NCBI GenBank assembly: GCA_037305845.1
Contig: CP147778.1
Coordinates: forward strand, 2,752,001-2,816,000
Length of the DNA: 64,000 nt
Direction of reading: 5' to 3'
From: Candidatus Freyarchaeum deiterrae
GTDB lineage: Archaea; Asgardarchaeota; Jordiarchaeia; Jordiarchaeales; Jordiarchaeaceae
Shown: positions 38,519 to 49,497 of the stretch, piece by piece
Position numbering within the stretch: the first letter of the stretch is position 1
Layout: each line of letters starts with the position of its first letter
Program-made: the position numbers and the translations under genes
The notes under the pieces: model-generated
The model's database searches: none
Told to the model about the DNA's origin: nothing
What the model saw: only the letters and a program-made list of their open reading frames with translations

Positions 38519-40507
38519 TTATTCGCTTTTGGAAGAAACTTTGGTCGATGACTCTTCCTCTTTCTTCTCGTCCATTGTTCGCAGACCTATTCGCTGTTCA
38601 GCCGTTTGCAGAATTGCTTCCAGCATTTGGGCGTACGACATCCCCGCATACCTCGACATCTTTGCTAGGTGTCCGTCCCAGCACCATCCCGGGTTCGGGT
38701 TTATCTCAAGGAGTTTCGGTTGCCCCTCACCGTTAAGCCTCCAGTCGAATCGCCCGTAATCTCGAACCTCTAAACGTTCAAAAAGCATTAAACACGCCTT
38801 TATTACGAAGTTCTTTGTATTTTCCGGGAGTTCAGCTGGTACGGATTTAATGTTCCAGTAAGGGGATTCAGAAAGCCACTTAGCCTCGTATCCACAGATT
38901 TTGGGAAGATCTGTTGGTAGTGCCGAATAATCCTCCTCCGTTATAGGCAGCACCGTGTAAGACTCTGGTGGATTTCCAATTATACCGACACTGAGATCCT
39001 TCCCCGTGAGATACTCCTCTATAAGGATGGGCTTGTTATAGCCGAACGTCTCGCGTACATATGCTATCGCGTTTAGAGCCTCTTCAGAATTATGTACCAC
39101 ACATTTTTGCGTGATTCCAAAGCTGGAATCGCCAAAATTCGGTTTAACAATTCCAGGAAATCTGAAGGGTAGCTCAAAGGCTTTGTCTTCAGGTTTTATG
39201 AAGATGGCGTCGGGAACGGGGATTCCCATCTCTTTCGCAACACCACGCACCAAGGATTTGTCGTAGCAGTGGGCGAGAGCCTGAGGTCCGGAGCCTGTGT
39301 AGTTTATGTTGAGCTCCTCTAGTAGGGCTGCGATGTGCAGCTCCTTTTCCGGATCGTTTTGGTAACCCTCGTCGCACAGGTTAAAGACGTAGTCTATTTT
39401 GCCCCTCAGCTTCATTAAGTCTTGAATGAGAGTGTCGTGGCTGTTCAGGTATGAAAACTGATAGCCTTTAAGCTCCCTTAAGGCGTCCTTCAACTGGTCA
39501 ATAGTGTAAAGGTCATCTTCGTCAAACATCTTGCCCGGCTTCAGAGCGTCTGCTTTGGTAGGATCGCCCATAACCACTACTACGTGTTTCAATTCTTCTT
39601 TCGGCTTCTTTCTGACAGGAGTCCACTCCTTTTTGATCACGGATGTTACTATAATTCGTCTTTCCATCATACCCAGATCCTGATGGCGCTGAGAATCTGT
39701 AGCAATGCCACCATGGAAGGCGACGTCGCTTAAGCCCGCCTGCTGCAAAAGATTGGTTAGACTTTCTTTCGTATAAAGTCTCTCCGCGTAGAACTGATCA
39801 GCAATTGATCCCTTCTCTATGTTCGTGATTATTTCCCTAGATATGAGGCGCTGCTCATCAGCGGAGAGAGAGCGTTCCCTGACAACAAAGTGTTTTTTGT
39901 CTATCCATTCCCACGATCGAGGCTGGAAATTTTTTTTCAAGTACTCACCGTCAGCAACATCTATAAGCACTTTGCCCCATGGTTTGAGAACTCTAGACAT
40001 TTCTTTTAGCACTCTCAAGTCGTCGTGGATGGTTTCAAAGTAGCCGAAACTGTTTCCCAGAATCATGACCACATCAAAGGTATCTGGTGGGTAGGGGAGT
40101 TTTCGAGCGTCACCCTCTCTAAACCGAATGCTTAGTCCTTCTTTTTTGGCCTGCGTTTTAGCCTTCTGAATCAAATAGTTAGAGCGGTCGAGTCCCTCGA
40201 TGTACTTGAATCCTCTTCTGGACAGTTCCAGAGAGTGTCGTCCCTGTCCACAGCAGAGATCCAGAATTCTGTCGTCCTGCGAGAGTTTCAGGATCGATGA
40301 GAAGAGGTCTACTTCGTAGCGTGTTATGTTTTGGTCGTCTACCACATCTCCATCAGTCTTAAGATATAGATAATTGAAAATCCGCCTCCACCAATCGGGG
40401 GGAACATGCTCCTCAAGATCTTTAACGGGTCCCAATAGTTTTACTTGCTGCTTTTCGCTTTTACTCGGTTGTGGTGATTTAGGTGTAGATGGTTCTTTCT
40501 CATTCAT
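38519..40507 (-). CDS. SAM methyltransferase + D-Ala-D-Ala ligase-like ATP-grasp fusion
   Basis: N-terminal LDLCCGQGRH and GNSFGYF; C-terminal YTGSG, VKP..DSSFGI, EEYL.G, RFDWR and LEINPNPG. Confidence 0.88.
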   Translation of the reverse strand: MNEKEPSTPKSPQPSKSEKQQVKLLGPVKDLEEHVPPDWWRRIFNYLYLKTDGDVVDDQNITRYEVDLFSSILKLSQDDRILDLCCGQGRHSLELSRRGFKYIEGLDRSNYLIQKAKTQAKKEGLSIRFREGDARKLPYPPDTFDVVMILGNSFGYFETIHDDLRVLKEMSRVLKPWGKVLIDVADGEYLKKNFQPRSWEWIDKKHFVVRERSLSADEQRLISREIITNIEKGSIADQFYAERLYTKESLTNLLQQAGLSDVAFHGGIATDSQRHQDLGMMERRIIVTSVIKKEWTPVRKKPKEELKHVVVVMGDPTKADALKPGKMFDEDDLYTIDQLKDALRELKGYQFSYLNSHDTLIQDLMKLRGKIDYVFNLCDEGYQNDPEKELHIAALLEELNINYTGSGPQALAHCYDKSLVRGVAKEMGIPVPDAIFIKPEDKAFELPFRFPGIVKPNFGDSSFGITQKCVVHNSEEALNAIAYVRETFGYNKPILIEEYLTGKDLSVGIIGNPPESYTVLPITEEDYSALPTDLPKICGYEAKWLSESPYWNIKSVPAELPENTKNFVIKACLMLFERLEVRDYGRFDWRLNGEGQPKLLEINPNPGWCWDGHLAKMSRYAGMSYAQMLEAILQTAEQRIGLRTMDEKKEEESSTKVSSKSE

Positions 40508-40952
40508 CGTTTTTCATCCTCTATTCCATCAAAACCTGCCTAAAATTAATACTCCTATGTAAAGTTTCAATAAAAAAGTAATTCAAAAAAGCAGAGATAC
40601 TGGAGAAAGATACTATCGTATTATCCAACCCGATGGGCAAGCAAAAGGAGAGAACACCGAACTGATAGAAGTGATTCATGCACTCGTATTCTTCACTTTT
40701 TTCCAGTAGCTGGACAGCTATGATGTGCGCAAAACTAGCTTTTTTCCCCGTTTTCGGATATGTACATTTCGTGTTATACCCTGCGTCTTTTTTCGTATAT
40801 ACTACAACCCTTTTCAGCCGTTCTGCTCAAATCAAATCAGGTGGATCTTCACTCTTTCTCAGTTCCCTATTTCAACACAAAAAAGAAATTAATTTCTATG
40901 GTTTTAAATCTTGCCCCTCACTATTTCCTCCGTGTTTTTCTTTGCTTCTTCT

Positions 40953-43385
40953 CTAGCTTGATTCTTCCCCAAAAATTAATTCAATATGTTCATGTTTTCC
41001 TCCGTCTGGAATTCTAACCGATACTACTTGCTCATCTTTGAGATAAATCCATCCACTGGTTTTGTCCCTTAATTCACTCTCTGAGGAGACCGCTCTCATA
41101 GTTTCGCTTTTCCATAAAACTCTGCTCGGCTTTTTTACACCATTGAACTGCATTTCGCACGACCTAGGCTCAGGTTTGTAGTTTCCTTCCTCTTTGCTTA
41201 TTTCGAATTTTATGCTCTTATCGGTTTTGGAGCAGGTGTAATTAACTAAGAGGAAATCACCCCTAGTATAGTCAAAGCTCACACCATCGTCTTCATAGTA
41301 TTGAGCTTTGGATGTTCCTGATGGATAAATGTTGAGAATTAGGGGGTCGATGGGTTTCTCATCGGAATACTGAACTACATCCCGCATTGGAATTATGGCA
41401 CCACCCCGGACAAATATTGGGCAGACATCTAATGGCACATCAACTATTATGGGAAACGCTCCATCATGCTTCTCATTTGTCCAGAAGTTAAACCATTCTC
41501 CTTTGGGTAGATAGACTGTTCGGGTCTTAGCATTCTCATAAACCACGGGCGCGATAAGCAACCAGTCCCCAAACATAAACTGCCGCTCAGCCACATTCCC
41601 CTCAACAGAGCCGCTCAACACAAATTGATCATCTGGGAACTCAATGAACATCGCCCGCATAACTGGAACCCCGGTTCGTGATGCTTGATAGAAGCAGTTG
41701 TAGATGTAGAGAAGCAGACAGTATCGCAGTTCAATGTACTTGCGGCTGATATTCTCCACCTCTTCTCCATAAGACCAGGGCTCCTGGTCGGCTGTGCCAA
41801 TCATGGTGTGGGTTCTGCAGAAAGGGTAGAACACGCCCAGTTGGATCCAGCGAGCGTAAAGCTCTGGTGAAGGTTCTCTTTTGAATCCCCCGATGTCTGC
41901 GCCTACGAAGGGTTCCCCGGAAACACCTAAGTTTAGGCACATTGGTATGCTTAGACGGAGGTGCTCCCAGCTACTCTCGTTGTCACCTGTCCATACTGCG
42001 GCGTATCGCTGAATTCCCGAAAAGGCGGACCTAGTTAAAACAAACGGACGGGTATTTGGTCTCAGGCGGCGTAATCCCTCATGAGCCGCTCGAGCCATCT
42101 CCAAGCCATAAACATTATGAATCTCACGGTGATCAGTCCCCCTGCCATCAACGTCGTGAACCGCATCCAGCGCCATAGTGTTCGTGGCGGTTATTACCGA
42201 GGGCTCATTCATATCCACCCAAAAACCTGCAACCCCCACGTCCAAGAGTTCTTTGTAAAGGGTCCCCCACCATTCTCGGGTTTTGAAGTTGGCGAAATCT
42301 GGAAAGTGGCAATCTCCAGGCCAGACCGCACCAATAAACAATTTTTCGTTTGGTAGCTGAACAAAGTGGTTCCCTGATATGCCCTGCTTATAAACAGGGT
42401 ATTCCCTGTCGACTTTGATTCCGGGGTCGGTAATCACCGTGAGTTTGAATCCTTGCTTCCTGAGGTCAGAAATCATCTTCTTGGGGTTGGGAAACCGGTT
42501 CTTATCCCAGGTGAAGCAGCGGTAACCGTCCATGTAGTCTATGTCCAACCAGAGCACATCACAGGGTATTCTCCGTTTTCTGAACTCATCGGCTATTTGC
42601 CGGACCTTGCTTTCCGGGTAGTAACTCCAGCGGCACTGATGATAAGCTATAGACCACAGGGGCGGAAGGGGCATCCTACCCGTCAACTCAGTGTAACTTG
42701 AAATGACCTGCTTCGGTTCAGGTCCGTAAATAAAATAGTAGTCCAGAGGTTCACTAGAGGCTCCAAAGGAGTAGTAATCCACAGACTCTTTACCCATGTC
42801 AAACGAGGAGCGATAGGTGTTGTCAAAAAAGATGCCGTAACTTCTTCCCTCTCTAAAACCCAGAAAAAAGGGAAAGGATTCATAGAGTGGATCTGTTGGT
42901 GTGTAGTGACTAACGTTATCGGTGTTCCACATGGTGAGTGCCTGGTCACGCTTGTCGAGGGGACCAGCTTTTTCCCCGAAGCCAAAGTAATGCTCTCCCT
43001 CAGGCATCTCCTTCCAGCAGCGCACCTGCTTACCATCCCAACCCATACCCTTAGCGGCATCATCACGGTTGATCAGCCATCCATCAGATGAGCGGAACTC
43101 CAATCTGCAGGAATTCTTTCCAATCCGTAAAATCAAATCACTTGTAGAAATCTCTAGGAATTCCGACTGCTCAATAAATTCGAACTTGGGGATAGGATAT
43201 TCTTGCCCAACAATGGCCCAAGACTTTCTGGCAATCTGATCAGGTGTTATGAGGTGTACGCGGATAATATTTGGGCTTAGAACCTTGATTTCAACTCCCA
43301 GCTCCTCACACTCAATCTCTAAAACATTCTCTTTCAGATTATAATTCTTCATTGATCCAACTGAAATCCATTGTTTTCTCACCAT
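40953..43385 (-). CDS. GH31 alpha-glucosidase
   Basis: WLDIDYM, FWVDMNEP, WTGDN and GADIGGF motifs, plus a DUF5110-type C-terminus. Confidence 0.95.
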   Translation of the reverse strand: MVRKQWISVGSMKNYNLKENVLEIECEELGVEIKVLSPNIIRVHLITPDQIARKSWAIVGQEYPIPKFEFIEQSEFLEISTSDLILRIGKNSCRLEFRSSDGWLINRDDAAKGMGWDGKQVRCWKEMPEGEHYFGFGEKAGPLDKRDQALTMWNTDNVSHYTPTDPLYESFPFFLGFREGRSYGIFFDNTYRSSFDMGKESVDYYSFGASSEPLDYYFIYGPEPKQVISSYTELTGRMPLPPLWSIAYHQCRWSYYPESKVRQIADEFRKRRIPCDVLWLDIDYMDGYRCFTWDKNRFPNPKKMISDLRKQGFKLTVITDPGIKVDREYPVYKQGISGNHFVQLPNEKLFIGAVWPGDCHFPDFANFKTREWWGTLYKELLDVGVAGFWVDMNEPSVITATNTMALDAVHDVDGRGTDHREIHNVYGLEMARAAHEGLRRLRPNTRPFVLTRSAFSGIQRYAAVWTGDNESSWEHLRLSIPMCLNLGVSGEPFVGADIGGFKREPSPELYARWIQLGVFYPFCRTHTMIGTADQEPWSYGEEVENISRKYIELRYCLLLYIYNCFYQASRTGVPVMRAMFIEFPDDQFVLSGSVEGNVAERQFMFGDWLLIAPVVYENAKTRTVYLPKGEWFNFWTNEKHDGAFPIIVDVPLDVCPIFVRGGAIIPMRDVVQYSDEKPIDPLILNIYPSGTSKAQYYEDDGVSFDYTRGDFLLVNYTCSKTDKSIKFEISKEEGNYKPEPRSCEMQFNGVKKPSRVLWKSETMRAVSSESELRDKTSGWIYLKDEQVVSVRIPDGGKHEHIELIFGEESS

Positions 43386-43594
43386 ATTTCCACACCTCCA
43401 GCAAAAAAACCTGAAGTGACCTTTGAATAAAGTGCTTCCTCAGAACTTAGGTTTAAAATATACAGTTGCGCTACTAAAAAATATTCTATTCGGTATAAAA
43501 AATATCAATTACTAAATAAATAAATTTTGGAAAAGATTATAGCGCTAAAAATTTTAGGAAAAAATGAAAAAAATAATTGGAGGCGAGTGGAAGA

Positions 43595-45301
43595 TTACAT
43601 CGCTTGTTGAAAGAGTCGCATTTCTTCAACTAGTTTTTGTCTGTGAGGCAATTGCTCAAGATTGAATTGTTCTCCGACTAGTCCTGACTTCTTTTGTCCT
43701 AGAACGTAGGGTAGGTATATGAGATCTTCTGTTTTTGGAACTATTGCTTTAACCTTGCCTGGGTCGAATCCTTTACTTCCATAGGAGCTTGGTAATCTGA
43801 GTCTTGCCCCAGTTTCTTTTACTAGGAGTTCTCTCTCCTCTCTGAATCTGAAGGCTTGTAGGTAAAGGTTTTGAGCGTCGCTGGGAGTAACTGTGGGGGG
43901 CAGTACTACTACAGATTTTTTAGCGGCTGATGCTCCGATGCTCGTTAGTTCCTCCATTTGACTCCCTAGATTTGTGCCTATTACTTTGCTGAAACCAGGG
44001 GTTAGGACTGAGGGGTAGTCCGCTTCCAAGAATAGTTGATCGCTGATGTTATAAGCTGCATCGCAGAGACCGTAGAAGGCGTTTTCCTCACCCTTCTTCC
44101 AGAGGAGCATTCCCCTCTTTAGTATTGTCGCCACTTTTACTAGGTAGAAGGGATAGAGGTAGAGTTCGTAGGATCCCTTAACATTTTTTTCAGCCCAATT
44201 TTCAGCTTCTGAAATACCATAGGTCTTAAAGCTTCGCTTCGTGAGTACTGTCTTGAGATTCTCCATGAACCAGCTCACCTTATCCAGCTCTAGGGTTCCT
44301 GTGAACCAACTCATATCAATGACATCGGGCACCATGTCTAGTACTTTCTGGCTGGGTCTTATGACAGTGCTTTCAACAATTCTCTTGAAGGCCTGCATGA
44401 AGTTGTTGAAGGGCTTCTTTGAAAGAGTATAAAGGGATAGAATCGAGGAGAATGTGGTGTAAGACTCCCCATCTCTTTTAAGTCCTTCCTCAACCAATAT
44501 TCTGTCAACTCTGGGCGCTTCCTTAAGCTCCCTTAGGCGGTTAGTTAGGCTGCCTATAGTTTCATACGATTTCTGGAGGAAGTCTTCTGTGATATTGTCT
44601 TTCTCAGCGATTTTGTTGGCAAGCTCACTTATATATTGGGAGCTTAGCCTGAATCTTTCAGCTAGAATATCGTAGTAAGCTTTCTTGTCTCCCTCAACAA
44701 AGTTCATGCTTTCCTGAATTTTTTCCACGATTCTATCGCAGCTTTTTGTTGCCATCATATAGTTTTCGACGATGTCACTCTCTGCAAGACCCATTATGTT
44801 CAGTAGAAGAGGAATAGTCCAAGATCGTAACTCAAGTGACATGAGTTTCTCCTTTGCTTCGGGTGTTGTGGCGAAGCCTGTAACGTTTGGTAGTGAGAGC
44901 TTATAGGCCAGTTCTTGTAGGGGTTTTCCCATACTGGTTCTCCACTCAAAGTCTAGTCGCAAGTTGGGTAGAGTGTCGTAGAATGAGGCGTAGAGAATTG
45001 GGAATTCAAGAGGCTCAACGAAGTCGCCCACAACGTTTGTGAACTCAACTGCAAGGCTTGGAAATATCCGGTCAGCAAAATATCTTGCTCTCATCGCCGC
45101 GTCAGTTCCTTCGCCTCCGACAGCTCCCACACTGCTCAGCCATTTCGCTATATCATTCATGAACTTACTCATTTCATCCTCAATATTTGAGATCTGATTA
45201 ACGCCACCGCAGTAAATGCAATTTAATATTTCATCCTTCTTGGTAACACTAAGCGGAGCACCACAATTCTTACACATATAATACTTTATTGACATTTTCA
45301 C
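43595..45301 (-). CDS. Zn-ribbon + helical hypothetical protein
   Basis: N-terminal CKNCGAP..CIYCG; 7 bp downstream of the preceding gene in the operon. Confidence 0.75.
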   Translation of the reverse strand: MKMSIKYYMCKNCGAPLSVTKKDEILNCIYCGGVNQISNIEDEMSKFMNDIAKWLSSVGAVGGEGTDAAMRARYFADRIFPSLAVEFTNVVGDFVEPLEFPILYASFYDTLPNLRLDFEWRTSMGKPLQELAYKLSLPNVTGFATTPEAKEKLMSLELRSWTIPLLLNIMGLAESDIVENYMMATKSCDRIVEKIQESMNFVEGDKKAYYDILAERFRLSSQYISELANKIAEKDNITEDFLQKSYETIGSLTNRLRELKEAPRVDRILVEEGLKRDGESYTTFSSILSLYTLSKKPFNNFMQAFKRIVESTVIRPSQKVLDMVPDVIDMSWFTGTLELDKVSWFMENLKTVLTKRSFKTYGISEAENWAEKNVKGSYELYLYPFYLVKVATILKRGMLLWKKGEENAFYGLCDAAYNISDQLFLEADYPSVLTPGFSKVIGTNLGSQMEELTSIGASAAKKSVVVLPPTVTPSDAQNLYLQAFRFREERELLVKETGARLRLPSSYGSKGFDPGKVKAIVPKTEDLIYLPYVLGQKKSGLVGEQFNLEQLPHRQKLVEEMRLFQQAM

Positions 45302-45308
45302 TCCTCCT

Positions 45309-46277
45309 TTAAATTCTATTCACTGCTGCTTCAAGTTGTCTAACTCTCGCCTCAAGCGCTGCTATGGCTTGCATCGCAAGACTATGGTATCCTCTAGCAA
45401 TCCTGTCAGCCTCGTAGAATACTGCGGTGTAACAGGGACTGCAAAGAGCTATTCCAGAAGTTCCATTTATAACTCTCATGTCTTCGTTTCTTTCCCTTAG
45501 GAGGTTCTCAAAGTAGGCTCCGACATCAGCCTTCACGATTTTGAAGTGGTCTGCGCTTTGAATTTCTCTGCCGCACATCCAGCACTTTCTCGTCGCCCTT
45601 AGTTCCTGAATCCGAGCTCTAACACTCTTTCCGACATCATATAGCCTAGCTGCTCTATAGGCTTTAGCAGCTATAATAAGGTACTCGGTGGCCTTCGGTG
45701 GTGCAATTTCTATGTATTGCCTTCCCTTAATAAATTCAATATGGCCCTCACATTCTAGGGCGGCATTGTTTCCCGTGGTTCTCCTCTTAAGGCAGGAAAC
45801 ATACCTTGAGAATATGAGAGGAGAATCGCCTATTTCTAAAAAGAGGTCATAAGCCCTTTCCAGAAGCTTCACAGCATCTACAACATTTGGAGCTTGTAGA
45901 CCAAGGCTCATATAGGATGTCCCCTTGGCCTCCGTGAGAAGCTTCGCAGTGTCAAACTCGCCGTAAAGTCCACCAGGCATATACGCCGTGACCTTTATAG
46001 ATGGAAGCTTGCTAGCGTTCTCCAGAAATTTTCTAAGAGAACCTGTTTCAAGCAAATCCTTTTTGTCCTTCACGTCTTGATTGCAGGGGTAAAGGTAGGA
46101 TAATAACAAAGCCTGCTCAGCCTCTTGATCCCACCCGAGACTCCTACACGCGTCTACCGAATCAGAATACTTTTTAGCAGCCTTACCAAAATCACCTATA
46201 CGCGCCGTGTTTTCAGCATCCTCAAGCTTACTCTCACAACGCTCTGTATCCTTGTCTTTGGAACTCATTTTGTTCAC
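45309..46277 (-). CDS. TPR/SNAP-like helical protein + Zn finger + C-terminal coiled coil
   Basis: Helical repeats (GDFGKAAKKY, LERAYDLFLEIG, AAKAYRAA), CWMC..CSPC, and terminal heptads IAALEARVRQLEAAV. Confidence 0.7.
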   Translation of the reverse strand: MNKMSSKDKDTERCESKLEDAENTARIGDFGKAAKKYSDSVDACRSLGWDQEAEQALLLSYLYPCNQDVKDKKDLLETGSLRKFLENASKLPSIKVTAYMPGGLYGEFDTAKLLTEAKGTSYMSLGLQAPNVVDAVKLLERAYDLFLEIGDSPLIFSRYVSCLKRRTTGNNAALECEGHIEFIKGRQYIEIAPPKATEYLIIAAKAYRAARLYDVGKSVRARIQELRATRKCWMCGREIQSADHFKIVKADVGAYFENLLRERNEDMRVINGTSGIALCSPCYTAVFYEADRIARGYHSLAMQAIAALEARVRQLEAAVNRI

Positions 46278-46742
46278 CTTTTAACCCTTTATCAAAATAA
46301 TAGTCTGAATACCACGACATATTAAATCAAAGAGAACATGTTTGTAACTGTTGCTTTTCCCTCACTATTATATCTACAACGTGGTTTACTTCTTTTTTCT
46401 TCCTTATAACTTTTACTTAAACGCAAGCTTATAGTTCCCACAACATGTTTGGACGCTCTACGGCATTAGTCTCCGTCCATGGTTCCTCTTGGAACCAGTA
46501 CTCGATTTCATACCTTCCACCACGCAGAAAATACACCGCTCAGCAAATAAACAAAAACATACTTATTTCATTGTACCAATCAAAATGGCATAGTTGACCT
46601 GTTGTTTCCTTTCGTGAGTTAAGTCAAAAAACGCCATAGGAAACGAAGTTAACTGTTGTCATTAAAATTACCAAAACTTTTATATAAATCCCAAAGGCTT
46701 CATGCAACATATACAACAACCAATGCATCTGGAGAAATTCAA

Positions 46743-47180
46743 ATGCTAAAAAGTAAAATGCTACTATACCTCTCGCTATTCGCACTATTACTCCCCCCCT
46801 TAGTTCTATCATTATCTAGTTTAACTAGTGCCTACGTCCCATTGCAGACTTCAAACGATATATTTAGTTACATCGTTTCCGCCTTAGACGAACAAGCTTC
46901 CAATACTCTGATATTTCAAATAGTCGCTATCGTCACCATTGTCATCGTCGCTTGTGTGTTCGTAGGAGTGTATGTCCAAAAGCGAAGACAAAGTTACGCT
47001 TCAACTACCAGTGTTCCTGTAAGTAGAGCTCGTGTTAAAGCTCGTCCAGGACCTCAAGCTCAAGTTTCCACGGCTCCAGCATCAGCAGCTCCGGCTCAAG
47101 GTGGTGTTCTGTGTCCTTATTGTGGATTCGACAATGTACGCGGTGCAAAGCTTTGCGTAAAATGCGGTAAAACACTATAG
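46743..47180 (+). CDS. Signal/TM protein with cytoplasmic C-terminal Zn ribbon
   Basis: Signal-like N-terminus, TM, KRR stop-transfer, Ala/Pro linker, then CPYCG..CVKCG. Confidence 0.75.
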   Translation: MLKSKMLLYLSLFALLLPPLVLSLSSLTSAYVPLQTSNDIFSYIVSALDEQASNTLIFQIVAIVTIVIVACVFVGVYVQKRRQSYASTTSVPVSRARVKARPGPQAQVSTAPASAAPAQGGVLCPYCGFDNVRGAKLCVKCGKTL

Positions 47181-47374
47181 GCAACACTCAGAAAAACTCT
47201 TAGCAGAATCAAAACTCGACCCAAAATCAGTTGAAGCCTACTCTTTTTTTCTTTCTTTATAGTAATTAGCTCCATTTTTCTTTTAATTTTCTAGGATCCA
47301 AAGACTATTTTCTCACTTTATATTGTTTGATACTAAAGTTATAAATTTGAAGAGTAAGGGGAGTTTAACGTTTG

Positions 47375-49135
47375 TTACTCGTGTCTCACTAGTTTAAATA
47401 TTCCTATTCGAATTGAGAGGTACGCTGCCACAACGCCTATTATGATGGCCACTATAATCCCTAATTCATTTGGTATAATGGGATATAGAGAATAGATTGC
47501 TGTAATCAGGTTTGAAATGTACGGGAATACTTGGAGTAGACCCCCCAGAATGGGGTAGGAGAGAATTACGTTCAACACCCATGGAAACACGGCGAATAAT
47601 ATCATTAAACCCCCCACCACCGCAACTATGATAGCTATCGCGGTGGAGTTCACTAGGTGTCCGCCGCTCTCCTCCTGCAGAACGGGTCGCGCGCTATAAA
47701 CCCCTAACGCTATAGCACAACTAATTATAACCATAAACAGCATAACTGGGATTAGTATTTGTATGCCCGGGCTCTGATTGCCTAAAACTATCTGAAAGAC
47801 TATTCCCGAAACCAGTCCTAGCGGCAGTCCGACTATGAGCATTTCTGTAAACTTTGAGTGAACCAGTATTTCAATCCCGTGAGGAGCTTTTTTGTAAGTC
47901 ATGAGGACGAGTTTCCCCTTGACGGTCATCTGCGTAGCCTCGATCTGACCAATCATGGTACTAATCATAATGATAAAAAGAAAAGCTATAGCTGGGGAGA
48001 TTAGAAGACTTAGAGGATTTGTGTTTGAGTAGAAGCTGTTTACAAGTTTTGTTACTGCGAAGAAATACAGTATTATGGGGAAGAGAAAAACTGTTACAAC
48101 TCTCGCCAGGCTTTCGGGGTCTCTGAAAAACTCCTTCAACTGAATAACCGTCAATTTGCCCAGTTTTGTGGGAATAATTCTACGTAGAAAACGGTATGAT
48201 CTCTCCTCCTTTTTTAGAGTCACTAAGCCTTCACCAATAAGGTCTAGCTGTCTGATTCTACGAATAAGAAATACACCCAACAAAAAGATCACGCAGAAAA
48301 ACGTTACTAGTAGAACTAGACTGATCAAGGGATCAGGTTCAAGAAGAACAGGATAAGAAAACAATCCTGGATACTTAATAAGAGTAATATTCGTCCCCGC
48401 TAGTGCGTAGTAGATGATGTTTGAGGTCCAGGTTGTGGGTGAATACCAAATGTTGAGGGAGGAGGTTTGAGAGCTGGAAAGAATAAAGAAAGTCAATCCG
48501 ATTATAACCGCAACAACAATAATCACTACCTTTGCTAAATCTTTGTATTTCGGAGAACTCATGCCTTTCAACTTCAAATAAGCCGATAAGAGTGCTCCTA
48601 TCCAGAGCCCCGTGACGTAGAGCAAAACTACTGCTAAAGCCACAAAAATCGGAAACAAGGGGCCGGAATATCCATACTGCATTATGGGGGGCATTAGAGC
48701 CACACTGAAAAGTGAGAGTAAGAAAGGCAGGGGAAACAGATTAACTACCAGTCCTCCGAAAAATATATGCCTAGGTTGAACAGGGCTGGAATAAAGAATG
48801 TCCATGTTCTCCGACCCTACTTCCCTCAGAGTATTAGCTAAACCCGCTATAATGGGAAAGAATAAGCTAAGAAGCGAAACAAACTGACCAACAACCAGCG
48901 TAACGTCGACCTGCGGATACAATGAGGGAGCAACAATAATAGGAACTCCCAAAAAATTCCTAATTAGTTGCATGGAACTATTATTTATGAAAATATTATT
49001 CGAAACAGTTATCACAATGAAGAACACAGCCACTGGAATGACAAATAAAAGCGGGAGGATGACCTTTCGGAATCTACGCACTCCAGAAGTAATAAGCCGA
49101 TACTCGTTTTTCGCGATGGTATACCAAGAAGGCAT
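47375..49135 (-). CDS. ABC-2-type permease-like membrane protein (duplicated halves), no adjacent ATPase
   Basis: TIAKNEYR, LYSSPV.PRHIF, KEFFRD and APH..ILVHSK motifs; about 12-14 TMs. Confidence 0.7.
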   Translation of the reverse strand: MPSWYTIAKNEYRLITSGVRRFRKVILPLLFVIPVAVFFIVITVSNNIFINNSSMQLIRNFLGVPIIVAPSLYPQVDVTLVVGQFVSLLSLFFPIIAGLANTLREVGSENMDILYSSPVQPRHIFFGGLVVNLFPLPFLLSLFSVALMPPIMQYGYSGPLFPIFVALAVVLLYVTGLWIGALLSAYLKLKGMSSPKYKDLAKVVIIVVAVIIGLTFFILSSSQTSSLNIWYSPTTWTSNIIYYALAGTNITLIKYPGLFSYPVLLEPDPLISLVLLVTFFCVIFLLGVFLIRRIRQLDLIGEGLVTLKKEERSYRFLRRIIPTKLGKLTVIQLKEFFRDPESLARVVTVFLFPIILYFFAVTKLVNSFYSNTNPLSLLISPAIAFLFIIMISTMIGQIEATQMTVKGKLVLMTYKKAPHGIEILVHSKFTEMLIVGLPLGLVSGIVFQIVLGNQSPGIQILIPVMLFMVIISCAIALGVYSARPVLQEESGGHLVNSTAIAIIVAVVGGLMILFAVFPWVLNVILSYPILGGLLQVFPYISNLITAIYSLYPIIPNELGIIVAIIIGVVAAYLSIRIGIFKLVRHE

Positions 49136-49497
49136 GTTACCTTTGAAGCGCTACTAGTTTTTAAATCTTCTCAATTAATCAATTAAAAAAATCAAACACT
49201 AACGAAGCCCCAGCAAAACTATATCTCTACTAGAGAACTTTGTAAAATTAAGTATCGGATATATTCTTTATCTATTTCATTTATTCTTGTTGATACTTTT
49301 TTATGAATTTTAGAGAGTGCGTTTTATACACTTTAGAAATTGGTTAAAAAAACCATATATAGACGGACACCTAGGCGGATTCATAGTATCGTCGACAAAC
49401 ATTCAACACACAATAAAACTAGAAAACTTGCGGTAGGTAATTAAAACCGACAAAAAGTGCCTAACTTCTCCCCCAAAACGAAGAGGATGAAATAAAC

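Noticed and set aside
46429-46560. Short minus-strand frame MFLFIC-TGA-AVYFLRGG... with two hairpins, a possible selenopeptide
   Set aside because: No recognisable family or RBS, and no SECIS; chance is likely.
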